A stretch of DNA of 64,000 nucleotides from Candidatus Freyarchaeum deiterrae (GCA_037305845.1 CP147778.1:868783-932782); one strand, 5' to 3'; shown: positions 46,156 through 55,974, counted from the first letter of the stretch. A program made the numbers and translations. Notes: generated by a model from the letters alone, not told the origin.

Positions 46156-46866
46156 TTAGACCGTGAACTCTTTTATTATGAGTTTGGGTTGGTCTATGAC
46201 CTTTTTGATGGGGGACGTCAGCCAGTAAATTGAGGTTCGCCAATCTACCTCAACGTAGCCTCTTAATTCTAGCCAGTTTAAGTGTTGACGGAGAGCCCTC
46301 GCATCTATGTTCAAGTCTTCCCGCAATAATTCGATTCCTTTAACTTCTCCATCGTGGCGCATCATTAATTTTAAAAGGTTTAACTCTTTCTGGACGGTGA
46401 TCAGTAGTAGGACCCGTAGTGCGTTTTCAACGTTTTGACCAGTTTTTGCAATCGTTGGGACGATATAAACTTCTGAGGGAATTTCTAAAGCTTCTCTTAT
46501 TTGCGCCACTTTGCGTGCATTGGGGAGATCCTGTTTATTCGCCACGACAGTTATTGAGACTCCTGGTAGGAATTCTTGAATTTCCTTCCATATAGTTTTA
46601 GCCTCTTGGTCCGAGTTTTTATCCTGACTGTCAACCATGAAGAGGACGCCGTCGGCTCCTTTGGATAAAATCTGTCGTAGGATTTTGAAGTGTTTTAATC
46701 CAGGAGTTCCAAACAGATTAATCCTCAAGTCTTCAATATTTGCTATCCCGTAGTCAAGTGCTACTGTTGTGTTTTTTTTGTCTATACTGATGCTTTTACC
46801 TTGGGTTAGATTTCTTATTATGGTAGATTTTCCGGAATGATAACTACCAGTGACCAAGATTTTCAA
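46156..46866 (-). CDS. MglA-like small GTPase fused to a C-terminal winged-helix domain
   Basis: G1 GSYHSGKST, G3 FGTPG (lacks the Asp, like MglA TxPGQ) and G4 NKQDL. The C-terminal ~70 aa (HDGEVKGIELLREDLNIDARALRQHLNWLELRGYVEV) look like a wHTH. Confidence 0.75.
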   Translation of the reverse strand: MKILVTGSYHSGKSTIIRNLTQGKSISIDKKNTTVALDYGIANIEDLRINLFGTPGLKHFKILRQILSKGADGVLFMVDSQDKNSDQEAKTIWKEIQEFLPGVSITVVANKQDLPNARKVAQIREALEIPSEVYIVPTIAKTGQNVENALRVLLLITVQKELNLLKLMMRHDGEVKGIELLREDLNIDARALRQHLNWLELRGYVEVDWRTSIYWLTSPIKKVIDQPKLIIKEFTV

Positions 46867-47005
46867 CGAACCGCCTCACTTTCTAAGAGTTTAGTTATAT
46901 AATAAAAGGTTAAAGAAGTTAAAAAACCTTTGTTTATTGATGATTTTCCCTAAAAAAAAGAGCAATTCATAATAATTCGCTAATCATTTGATGTCATCAA
47001 TAAGC

Positions 47006-47755
47006 TTATAGAACTTTGAATTGTGTGACTTCGTGTAATATATTTGATAGTTCTTGAACTCTTCCCCGAACGATTTTTCCCTGTCTGTTTGATTTTTCAC
47101 ACGCCGCGCCTCTTATGCCCACAACATCTGCGCCAAAATCGCGGATCAGGGGGAGCTCTACCTTTTTTATTGAGCCTGCTAGGGCAACTAGAACATTCTT
47201 ATCATGGGCTTCTTTGACAAAGTTTTCGACAGTATCCCAGGACCATAAATCGAGCAAACCCTCGCCGTCTTTAATCGCCGTGTCAACCATTGCAACATCG
47301 GCTCCCGCTTCCGAAGTTATTTGAGGAATCAAGGATGGGTCTATAGCGTTTATTTTGTGCGCATCAGCGTATCCGGCTATCACAACCTTGATGTTTGGAT
47401 TATAATCCTTGACGCTTCTTACGACTTGTTTTGCAAAGTAGAGGGCGTCTTGATAAATATTTACACCATGTAATCCCACTTTTACATAATTCGCGCCACT
47501 CACTGCTGCCCCTAGAGCGGCTAGGGACGCTGTTCCGGGTTTGTTTGGGAAGTCTCCGATAGCGGCGCTGACTTCCAGCTCTATAGGGGTTATTTCTCTT
47601 ATTCGTCGAATTATCGAGGGAAAATTGGCTCCTAGAGAGCCTTCTGAGGGGTTCTTTACATCTATAATGTCAGCTTTGCCGGCTATAGCTTCTAGAGCTT
47701 CTTCCTCATCCTTTGGACTGATAAGTAATTTCAATTGATTCACAATCCTCCTCAA
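47006..47755 (-). CDS. mfnB: DUF556 / MfnB-like (5-formylfuran-3-yl)methyl phosphate synthase
   Basis: LLISPKDEEEALEAIAGKADIIDVKNPSEGSLGA is the family-typical N-terminus, with a TIM-barrel length. Confidence 0.65.
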   Translation of the reverse strand: MRRIVNQLKLLISPKDEEEALEAIAGKADIIDVKNPSEGSLGANFPSIIRRIREITPIELEVSAAIGDFPNKPGTASLAALGAAVSGANYVKVGLHGVNIYQDALYFAKQVVRSVKDYNPNIKVVIAGYADAHKINAIDPSLIPQITSEAGADVAMVDTAIKDGEGLLDLWSWDTVENFVKEAHDKNVLVALAGSIKKVELPLIRDFGADVVGIRGAACEKSNRQGKIVRGRVQELSNILHEVTQFKVL

Positions 47756-47947
47756 AGTAAGCTTACCATATTTAGAAGTGGGTTCTTAACGCGTCTTGGG
47801 TCTGGTTATTAATTGCGTGTATTTTTTACTAAATGAGACTCAACTTTTAAGCTTTCTTCTTGGAGTTAAAGAGTAGTAAAAGGTAATTTGCGGTATTCAC
47901 TCTTTATTAGGTTAGGGAAATAAAAGAAGGAGTATGTTATTTTCCGA

Positions 47948-50362
47948 TTAGGCTTCTTTGAGTTTTCTTGAATAGCCTAAAACTTTACTATATTCTTTTC
48001 CGATTTTTTCTGCTATTGCGGGTGCTATGTATCTTTCTATGTCGCCTTCCATTATGGTGCTGGGTCTGATTTTTGGGGATAGTTTACCTTCTCTCTGTAA
48101 ATCAGCTAGTAGGTTTTTTATCTCTTTTAATGCTTCATCGTAGGTTATTTTTTCAACTTCGGCGCGTTTAAAGCTTGTGTGTATTGTATTTATAGATAGG
48201 TAGTAGAATTTGGCGAGAGCTTCCATGTTTCCCAGCTTGACTGGTGTAACCGATCCATGATTCGGACAATAAGATTTCTCCAACTCCTTACTACAGAGGG
48301 GGCACACGGTTTTCCCAGTTTCTGTACGCAGATAGAAGATTATCATTGCTGAGGTTCTGCGGTTATCATCTTCAGTCCAAGCTAACTGGGTTAGCTCTAC
48401 ACCGCTGATTGCTCTCATGGCAACGTTTATCTTCTTTTCGATGAGACCTATTGGTTCGACTTTTTCGAATCTTTCCATTCTAGCGAGTTCTTTTTTCTTT
48501 TCTTCCTTCTCCTTTGCGTCACCTATGCGTTTTCTTCTTCCCTCTTGTATCGTGAGGTAGCGCTGTGTGAGGTCAAAAGCAGTAGCGTAACTTATTGGTG
48601 GAATCTTTTCTATTTTAAGGGGTTTCTCAACCACACCTAGAAAGGTGGGACTTGACGAACTTTTCAGTTCTTCCATTGATTCTTTAAGAGAGTTAATGCT
48701 GGTACGTGCCCATATGAAACCATTTATCTGGTTAGAGTTCAGATGTGGGAATACATCTTCTAATTCTTTTTGGCGAATCATAATTAAATCGAAGAAAAGC
48801 TCCTCTTTTGAGGTTTTAAGGTTGGGTTCAGGTTCGTCTATAACTGTCTTGTAGATGACTCCAAATCGTTCAATATCTTTTCTTAGTCTCTCGTAGATTT
48901 CGACTATGCGGCTCACATGTGTGAAAGTGTCTGAGATTAGTTTGTAGTAAGCGTCGTCATTAACTCGTCGGACGAATTCCTCTATTTGGCTTATTGCGGT
49001 CAATTCTTTTATGCTTCCGATGTTCAAGCCACTGAGAATCTGGTTAACCTTTTGCTCGGCTTCAAGAAGTTCTTTTAGTTCCTCTGGAGGAGGAGGCGTC
49101 ATATATTTCTTAAGCTCTTTTAGTATAAGGTCATCTATGCCAGTTATCCCGCCTGCGGGTTTGGTGTAGGTCCATAAGGAAATCTTTCCCTCTTCTATTT
49201 TGTAACCCTGGCCTTTGAGGCGGGGTATTACGTTTTTGACTAGCGTGTTTCGTATTCTGAGAAGACGGTTTAGTCTCTCAATCGTATAATTGAAGTCCTT
49301 GGCACTAATTTTAGTCTCTTCCAGTTTTTTGGTTAGTTTATCAACGGGGAGCGTGAGTGAGGAACATAAAGTATACCAATCGTCGAATCCTTGTTGTTTC
49401 ATTCGGTGTTGAATATCTTCCCGGGTCTCATCCAATAGATACATGAGGAACGATTCGAGCATAACTGGTTCGGCGGCTTTTTTAATTACCTCATTTCTAA
49501 TAATTTTACTAGCCATCTCGTATAGGTCGTTTAACGGTGTCTTTTTTGCATCATAATCATCAAATAGTTTTAGAAGTTCTAGTTTCAATTTGCATACATC
49601 GATGTAAGCTTTTAAATCCAATTCTTTTTGTGGTATATTTTTCATCAGGTTTTCAGTTACTACTGAAGAAGTATTTTCCAAGTTCTCGACATCAGTCGTT
49701 AGACTTTCGAGGTTAATCATCTCTTCTAGTTTACTTTTTAATTCTTTGTAAGTTGATATTTCGGTGCACTCCTCATCATGAGAACCTTTGATATCTTCTT
49801 CAAGTTCCATAGGTTTTGGTTTGAATCCATACGCCAGTTTTATCTTCTCTACCCTGATCGGTGGGGCGAGATAGCTTATGTTTCCCAAAAAGTCAATAAA
49901 ATGTGTTTTAGGGTACTTGTTGTATATTTCAATTAATTTTTCTTGAATTAGTTTCTGAAGTTTGCTTTTGGACTCACCCTTAAGCCTTATTTTTGCAGCC
50001 TCTGACTGAATTTCTATTTGCCGTCTTAACAGCTCTCGTTCTTTTTGAAATGAATCAGCCAAAAGGAGGTCTACTTCGTAATAGAGTTGGTCCAACTGTC
50101 TTTTAGCTAATCCTGCCTGTTCTTCAGGCGGGATACTTTCACCTGATGCCAGATCAATCGTGTGTATACCGCGATAGTGGTAAATGTAAGATACCACTGC
50201 AGCTTTAACAAAATCGGAGAAAATGGCTCTCTCTCCCACTATCGAGATCAGGTATTTCTGCTCCGGTTCAGATTTTAAGCGCGTGGCTAAGACTTGCCTC
50301 ACGACAAGTTCTTGAGCTACTTCTCTTAACAACATTCGCTGTGAAGTTAACCAATCAGACAT
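47948..50362 (-). CDS. Giant ORFan B (804 aa) with a CxxC...CxxH zinc knuckle
   Basis: Uninterrupted 2.4-kb ORF starting 4 nt after giant ORFan A ends. Mostly helical and charged. Contains CPLCSKELEKSYCPNHG (about 48250-48310). No P-loop or other enzyme motif seen. Confidence 0.7.
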   Translation of the reverse strand: MSDWLTSQRMLLREVAQELVVRQVLATRLKSEPEQKYLISIVGERAIFSDFVKAAVVSYIYHYRGIHTIDLASGESIPPEEQAGLAKRQLDQLYYEVDLLLADSFQKERELLRRQIEIQSEAAKIRLKGESKSKLQKLIQEKLIEIYNKYPKTHFIDFLGNISYLAPPIRVEKIKLAYGFKPKPMELEEDIKGSHDEECTEISTYKELKSKLEEMINLESLTTDVENLENTSSVVTENLMKNIPQKELDLKAYIDVCKLKLELLKLFDDYDAKKTPLNDLYEMASKIIRNEVIKKAAEPVMLESFLMYLLDETREDIQHRMKQQGFDDWYTLCSSLTLPVDKLTKKLEETKISAKDFNYTIERLNRLLRIRNTLVKNVIPRLKGQGYKIEEGKISLWTYTKPAGGITGIDDLILKELKKYMTPPPPEELKELLEAEQKVNQILSGLNIGSIKELTAISQIEEFVRRVNDDAYYKLISDTFTHVSRIVEIYERLRKDIERFGVIYKTVIDEPEPNLKTSKEELFFDLIMIRQKELEDVFPHLNSNQINGFIWARTSINSLKESMEELKSSSSPTFLGVVEKPLKIEKIPPISYATAFDLTQRYLTIQEGRRKRIGDAKEKEEKKKELARMERFEKVEPIGLIEKKINVAMRAISGVELTQLAWTEDDNRRTSAMIIFYLRTETGKTVCPLCSKELEKSYCPNHGSVTPVKLGNMEALAKFYYLSINTIHTSFKRAEVEKITYDEALKEIKNLLADLQREGKLSPKIRPSTIMEGDIERYIAPAIAEKIGKEYSKVLGYSRKLKEA

Positions 50363-50366
50363 TCCA

Positions 50367-53111
50367 TCACTCTCCCTTTTTTACATGCGTCTTCATCCAA
50401 TTATTTCCAATCGAAAGCCTGACTCGGCCGGGAGCCGAGTAATCGTATAGAACGAGATACTCCAAGCTCTGATCATCCTTGTTTCTAAGATATAGTCTTG
50501 TAGGTTGGGGTAAAAGTCCGCTGAAAGCTTTCAGATAAGTGTACTCGATATAATCAGGTAGTCCTTCAATAAAAACAGTCGGCGTTCTAGGTTGAATTTC
50601 TAAAGACTTCATTGAATCCATAAACTTGTTTATTTCGGGCTTAAAGAGCCTAGATGTGTCTTTGCTTAAATTCAACATGTCCGAATAAGTGCTCATAAGA
50701 GTATTTACCGCTTGCAATAAGGTTTCAAGCCGAGCTATTTGGGCATTATATTCACTAATTTGCGCTTCCAGCGATTTTAAATCGGCTAAGAGTTGGTTAT
50801 AAGCTGGTTCGAGGCCGTTTATTTGCTCATTTATTTGCTTTAACTGATTCTGTAGGATTTGCACATCCTTAGCCATTTTTTCAATATCGGCATTTAGTTT
50901 TTCAATGGAAGAACGAAGATTAGTGGTTTGGATTTGCAAATCTGCGTCGCTTCTTCCTCCCGCAACAGTGGCTTTTATGGCTTTGAGTCTTTGTATCTCT
51001 GCTTCTATTTTATCAATTAATTGTCTTTTAGCTTCTATCTCTTCACGGAGCCGTATTGGTGTTTCCTGCTTTACTTTTATTTCCTCTTCGATCTTCTTTC
51101 TAATATTAACTTTAGCGTCTATATCGCTTTTCACAACTTTAAGTTGCTGTTCAGTGCTGTACATCCGGTTTCTCAATTCTTCTATCTTGTTATTCCACTG
51201 TTGAATTTCGTGTTCTATACTTTGGTTCACTTCTCTCAAATGGTTGAGAGGCGCGTACTCTCCGCTTCCCTTTTCTATCTGATCACTAACGAAATTTACG
51301 AAGCTCTTTATTAATTTGAAAGCTGATAATTTTTTTTCCTCTACCTCTTCTTTAAACTTGGCAATCCATATTTGTGCTAATTCTTTCCACTGTGGGTATT
51401 CTTCAAACTCGGGTTCAATATAACTTGAAAAAGCGTCAGGGAATTCATCTGTTGAGAGTTTATCCTGTTTCTTTTTTATAAATTTGGGAAGCACGTCGTA
51501 ACTCAATATATAATCTGCAAGGCCGGGAACCACATCGTTCATTCTGTTGATTATACTCTCTTTAGTATTTTTCAAAAACGCTTGCACTTCGGATCCCACT
51601 TTTTCTGTGGTAGTATTACTTGCAATTTCTAAGAGTTGTATGGGAGGAATTATGCTCTCTCTATAACCGAATCTCAGAGCAGTATCAAGGATATCACTCT
51701 TAACCGTGTTTTTGAGTCCTTCTTCTGTCCAGTTTGTCGGTCCGATTAGCGCGTATTTGCCCTCTATCTCGTTTCCAAAAAATAACTTGAACTCATCCAA
51801 GTATTTTTTTAGAAGCCCTGTTCGTGTTTCATCCTTCCTCAAGCTCTCAAAAAATCTTTGGAAGATTTGCTCTGCCAACTCCTTTTCACATTTGGTTGCC
51901 AGGAAAGCGAATAGAGCGTGATCAAAAACATCGAGCGCTCTCTTCGCATGTACCATAAAGTATGCCAAATCACCTTTGAATTCCCATGCCCAGATTTCTT
52001 TAGTACCTTCCCCGTATTCGGATATAAGATACTCCTGAAAAGCATTCCCCAAATAAGTCATTAGGGGAGCAGTGTTACTCTCATTCTTACCTATCATTTT
52101 TTCAAGGCTTTCTATATGACCAGCTATTTTTAATTTTGCACCGCTCTGTATAAATGTGTTTCCTTTCTCTTCAAATCTATCAAGAACTTCGTTACACTCC
52201 TTGAGGAACTCTTTCTCTGAGTCTAGAAGCCGTCTGGGTTGCTGTGCGGATACGTTTTCCAGTCTTTTACTAAAGTCGTTAAACAAGGCCTCGACAACGT
52301 TTTTTTCCACAACTTCAATGGTGTAGTCGTTAATCAGCGAAAGAATCTCTCTTCCTAATGCTCCTAGATCATCCATTAAAGTTTTGATGGCGGTCTTCGT
52401 AAATATCATGGTCTGGAGATGTTCAAGTAGAGCTTCATCCGGGGCGGAGAGATCTTGAATGGTCACTTTGTCAACAGTGGCCTTAAACCCTGCGGGTCTT
52501 AAAGAGTAATCAATTTCGAAGTTTCCTGTGACCACTGTGTCAATATCAATTCCAATATGTTTGATAAAATCTCTACCGTATTTTTCACGATACTTCTTCT
52601 GGATTACTTCTCCTTGAACGCGTTTTGTAAAACGATCAACAAACTTTTCTAAAACGTTAGCTCCCTCTGATTTAAGTTTTAAACCGGATACGGAGCATGC
52701 TTCTTCTATGTCATATAGCTTCTTGTTTAATTCGTCGGCTAGGTCGATTGATCGAATTATATCCACCAAGCCCTTTTCCTGTTCTAAAAGAACCAAGAAG
52801 TTTGAATTTTCTTCATGGAACCCCATGTTTAATAACAACACTTCGGGTAGTGTACCGCCCTTAGTCATCCTCAAGAGTTCAAACTCCGCTGCTCGAAGTT
52901 CAACTCCACTCTCTTCTCCGATTAAATGATTTAGTTTATGTATTAATTCTCCGATGTGTGACGCTAACGTTTTAGCTCTGGCTAATGAAACAGTTTCCGG
53001 CCCAGCTAGAGAGCCGAAAGAGCCAGTGTTATTTGAAGTATATCCGAAAACGGAAACGACAGCCTTTTTTAAGGCTTCAGCGGTGCTAGGTGCAGCTTCT
53101 CTACGTGACAT
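50367..53111 (-). CDS. Giant ORFan A (914 aa) with a ~200-aa coiled coil
   Basis: Uninterrupted 2.7-kb ORF. The heptad-rich segment from IEELRNRMYSTEQQLKVVKSD to LEAQISEYNAQIARLETLLQ spans about 50710-51260. No nucleotide-binding motif seen. Confidence 0.7.
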   Translation of the reverse strand: MSRREAAPSTAEALKKAVVSVFGYTSNNTGSFGSLAGPETVSLARAKTLASHIGELIHKLNHLIGEESGVELRAAEFELLRMTKGGTLPEVLLLNMGFHEENSNFLVLLEQEKGLVDIIRSIDLADELNKKLYDIEEACSVSGLKLKSEGANVLEKFVDRFTKRVQGEVIQKKYREKYGRDFIKHIGIDIDTVVTGNFEIDYSLRPAGFKATVDKVTIQDLSAPDEALLEHLQTMIFTKTAIKTLMDDLGALGREILSLINDYTIEVVEKNVVEALFNDFSKRLENVSAQQPRRLLDSEKEFLKECNEVLDRFEEKGNTFIQSGAKLKIAGHIESLEKMIGKNESNTAPLMTYLGNAFQEYLISEYGEGTKEIWAWEFKGDLAYFMVHAKRALDVFDHALFAFLATKCEKELAEQIFQRFFESLRKDETRTGLLKKYLDEFKLFFGNEIEGKYALIGPTNWTEEGLKNTVKSDILDTALRFGYRESIIPPIQLLEIASNTTTEKVGSEVQAFLKNTKESIINRMNDVVPGLADYILSYDVLPKFIKKKQDKLSTDEFPDAFSSYIEPEFEEYPQWKELAQIWIAKFKEEVEEKKLSAFKLIKSFVNFVSDQIEKGSGEYAPLNHLREVNQSIEHEIQQWNNKIEELRNRMYSTEQQLKVVKSDIDAKVNIRKKIEEEIKVKQETPIRLREEIEAKRQLIDKIEAEIQRLKAIKATVAGGRSDADLQIQTTNLRSSIEKLNADIEKMAKDVQILQNQLKQINEQINGLEPAYNQLLADLKSLEAQISEYNAQIARLETLLQAVNTLMSTYSDMLNLSKDTSRLFKPEINKFMDSMKSLEIQPRTPTVFIEGLPDYIEYTYLKAFSGLLPQPTRLYLRNKDDQSLEYLVLYDYSAPGRVRLSIGNNWMKTHVKKGE

Positions 53112-53293
53112 GGTTAACCCTCACTTCTCGAAATGATTTTAATTTAAAATATGTCCTTTAGAATTATTTAACGTTTCTCACAGGAATCGATTCGCAAATT
53201 TATCTCTTCTAGAAACATTTCCGTAGGCGCTCCTTGCTCAAAACGAAAGAATCTTAAATTCAGATTGTATTCATAATTTACAAGGTGTAAGTA

Positions 53294-53767
53294 ATGGCTA
53301 ACGCAACACTAATAGCATTCAGTATCGTATTAGGCGCTCTCGGGGTATTCACAGTTATAGTAGCTTTTGCATTCCAAAGTATTGCGGGATTGGTTATTGC
53401 CCTTGCTATTTTTGTTATCAGCGTAATAAGTCTAGCTTGGGGCTTTAGAGAAGAACCCTCCAAAAAAGAAAAAGCGTCAAAGCCTGTCAAGGTAGAAGCA
53501 CCAGTTAAAGTGCAACCAAAGGCTCCCACACCCCCGCCCACCAAGGTAGAAACACAATTCAAAGCAAAAACGCCTGCCAAGGTAGGAGTGCCAGTTAAAG
53601 TGCAACCAAAGGTAACAACTATTCCAGTAAAAAGCGGGAAACCCAAATCGGTCAAACCCAACAAGTCTAAAATTCTACCACCGAATACGGTTTATTGTCC
53701 ATATTGTGGAAAACAAATACCTAAGAACAGTGTTTTCTGTCCAAATTGCGGATCATCAATAGAGTAG
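53294..53767 (+). CDS. Membrane-anchored Pro/Lys/Val-repeat protein with a C-terminal zinc ribbon
   Basis: Two N-terminal TM helices, a repeat KV(E/G)xPVKVQPK encoded by a ~35-nt direct repeat (53488-53522 and 53578-53612), and a C-terminal YCPYCGKQIPKNSVFCPNCG. Confidence 0.7.
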   Translation: MANATLIAFSIVLGALGVFTVIVAFAFQSIAGLVIALAIFVISVISLAWGFREEPSKKEKASKPVKVEAPVKVQPKAPTPPPTKVETQFKAKTPAKVGVPVKVQPKVTTIPVKSGKPKSVKPNKSKILPPNTVYCPYCGKQIPKNSVFCPNCGSSIE

Positions 53768-53897
53768 ACTATAACCTCAGATCAGTCCCTGTGATTAAAG
53801 TATTGAATTTGAAAGGCTTCCTTTAAGCCTTCTTATTTTTCGAAAGGCTTATTTTTAACTAAATTCTCATGTTCTCCAAAAAAAGTAGTGTGAGTAA

Positions 53898-54704
53898 TTG
53901 CTTCTGGAACTTTTGTTATTATTTAGCATGAGTTTTATTATCGGCCTCTCAGGCGCCCTCACTCCGGGGCCGTTGCTTGTTGTTACTATAAATAAATCTC
54001 TTGAGGGAGGTTTCAGAAAAGGAGGATTCACAGTTTTCGGCCACCTCATTTTGGAAGCGCCCTTAATTCTTTTATTGTGTTTAGGGCTAGGCACATTTCT
54101 GAACCAAAACTGGATTAAAATAGCCTTAGCCATAATCGGAGGCAGCGGCTTAATTATACTCGGAGGGTACACAATTTTCTCCGTCTGGAAGAAAAAAATC
54201 AATTACCCCCTAAATGAAGTTGAAGAAAACCATGCGAAAGGTGGCGCCGAACTGGTGAATATAACTAACGATTTTGAAGAAAAAAATTGGAAGCAGAGAA
54301 CGCTAAATAACCCTGTGGTTTTGGGTCTAACAGCGACGGCGTCAAATCCGTTCTTCTGGATCTGGTGGGTCACTGTTGGCGTAGCCATTTTAACCTATGG
54401 ACCCACACTGGCTGGTGTCACCACCTCAAGCCCGCTTTATTGGATTCTTGGAAGCTATGCTGGGTTGTTTTTCCAAAGTGGGTTCGATTTAGGATATTTG
54501 ATTGTAGGCTCTGTAGCATTGGGCTGGATTTTCTTGGCAGCTGGACATTTCTCTAGCGACTTGGCTTGGTATACGGTGGTTTCTTTTGCGGTTGGTAGGG
54601 GTAGGGTTTTACTGAACCAAAGAAAATATGAAATAATAATTGCAATCTGTGGTGTTGCTCTTGTTATTCTTGGTGCATGGTTTCTCTTAAGTTCTGTTTT
54701 ATGA
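53898..54704 (+). CDS. LysE/RhtB-type translocator-like membrane protein
   Basis: N-terminal GLSGALTPGPLL signature, six TM segments and a central hydrophilic loop. Confidence 0.6.
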   Translation: MLLELLLLFSMSFIIGLSGALTPGPLLVVTINKSLEGGFRKGGFTVFGHLILEAPLILLLCLGLGTFLNQNWIKIALAIIGGSGLIILGGYTIFSVWKKKINYPLNEVEENHAKGGAELVNITNDFEEKNWKQRTLNNPVVLGLTATASNPFFWIWWVTVGVAILTYGPTLAGVTTSSPLYWILGSYAGLFFQSGFDLGYLIVGSVALGWIFLAAGHFSSDLAWYTVVSFAVGRGRVLLNQRKYEIIIAICGVALVILGAWFLLSSVL

Positions 54705-54838
54705 TGACAGCGATATGGAAAAATACTCTGCTGAGAATAAATGGATTAATGTAAAATAATATTTTGAGGGAATTTTTCGGATAGTTAAATATATTTTCAG
54801 AATGATTGTTTTCTAAAAAGACTTGGTGTGAGTATTGT

Positions 54839-55420
54839 ATGGAATGGGAAGAAGCCGTTATGAATGCTGTTAAAAAGAGTTTATCGGGTGAAGGCGGCCA
54901 TGATTACGACCATACGCTCAGAGTTTACAATCTTTGCTTGAAGCTTGGAGAGCTTGAAGGAGCAGATATTGAGGTTCTTAAAGCCGCTTCTCTCCTGCAC
55001 GATATAGCCCGCCCGCTTGAAGAGACTTCAGGTGTTTCCCACTCAATAAAGGGTGCAGAAATTGCTGGAAATATTTTGAAGCAGACAGATTTTCCAGAAA
55101 CAAAAATCGAAAAGGTATGCGGAGTAATCAGAAAACATAGATTTAGCGAGGGAGTTGAAGCCCGGGAAATAGAGGCCCAGATACTGCAAGATGCGGATCG
55201 ATTGGATGCGAGTGGGGCTATTGGAATCGCAAGAGCCTTCATGTTTGGAGGCGGAAATGGAAGAAGTTTAAAGGAATCGGTCAAGCATTTTCATGATAAG
55301 CTACTTCAGTTGAAGGATGAAATGCATACGACAAGTGCTTATAATATCTCTGTTCAGCGTCACGAGTTTATGGAGAAATTTTTGGATAGGCTTCAAAAAG
55401 AAATAGAGGGGGAAGCATAA
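54839..55420 (+). CDS. HD-domain phosphohydrolase
   Basis: GHDYDHTLRV ... LLHDIARP ... DADRLDA motifs. The ATG at 54839 is preferred over the TTG at 54806. Confidence 0.8.
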   Translation: MEWEEAVMNAVKKSLSGEGGHDYDHTLRVYNLCLKLGELEGADIEVLKAASLLHDIARPLEETSGVSHSIKGAEIAGNILKQTDFPETKIEKVCGVIRKHRFSEGVEAREIEAQILQDADRLDASGAIGIARAFMFGGGNGRSLKESVKHFHDKLLQLKDEMHTTSAYNISVQRHEFMEKFLDRLQKEIEGEA

Positions 55421-55545
55421 AATCTAGTCATTTCTTTGAGTCTGATTGGGTATGATATTTTTAAATTAGTAAATAATTTTGAAAAGAATTAAGGTGGGCT
55501 TAAAATTCAATAATATATTTCTTTATTTCCATCGAGGTGATTTCA

Positions 55546-55974
55546 ATGTCTAGAAAGTATCCTAATAGGCCTTTGTTAGGAGTGGGTAGTGTTATTGTTT
55601 CTGATGGAAAAGTGGTGCTTGTTAAGCGGGGGAGCCATCCGGATTATGGATTGTGGTCTATTCCTGGAGGGCTGGTTAATAAGGGGGAGACTCTGAGAGA
55701 AGCCTGTGCCAGAGAGTCACTTGAAGAAACCGGTATTGTGGTGGAAGTTAAAGAACTTCTGGAAGTTCTGACCAGAATAGTTTATGATGATGAAGGTCGT
55801 ATTCAGTACCAGTTTGTTATTGTAGATTTTAGTGCTGAACCAATATACGGTGAGCTTAAGGCGAGTACGGATGCGTTAGAAGCGAGATACGTTAGGTTTG
55901 AAGACTTGAAGGAATATGAGATTACGGAGGCTGTAAAAGATTTGTTAAGAAAAGCAGGTATAATGAAGGATTAA
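55546..55974 (+). CDS. NUDIX hydrolase
   Basis: Complete Nudix box GGLVNKGETLREACARESLEETGI. The ATG at 55546 is preferred over the GTG at 55537. Confidence 0.88.
   Translation: MSRKYPNRPLLGVGSVIVSDGKVVLVKRGSHPDYGLWSIPGGLVNKGETLREACARESLEETGIVVEVKELLEVLTRIVYDDEGRIQYQFVIVDFSAEPIYGELKASTDALEARYVRFEDLKEYEITEAVKDLLRKAGIMKD

Noticed and set aside
50905-51314. Two ~100-aa plus-strand ORFs inside the coiled-coil region of giant ORFan A
   Set aside because: They are antisense artefacts of a Lys/Glu/Ile-rich heptad region. The products are Phe/Ser/Leu low complexity.
53278-53664. 128-aa minus-strand ORF overlapping 53294..53767
   Set aside because: The plus-strand frame gives a coherent architecture of TM helices, repeat linker and zinc ribbon. 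The minus-strand frame is a Gly/Thr-rich mirror of the repeat.
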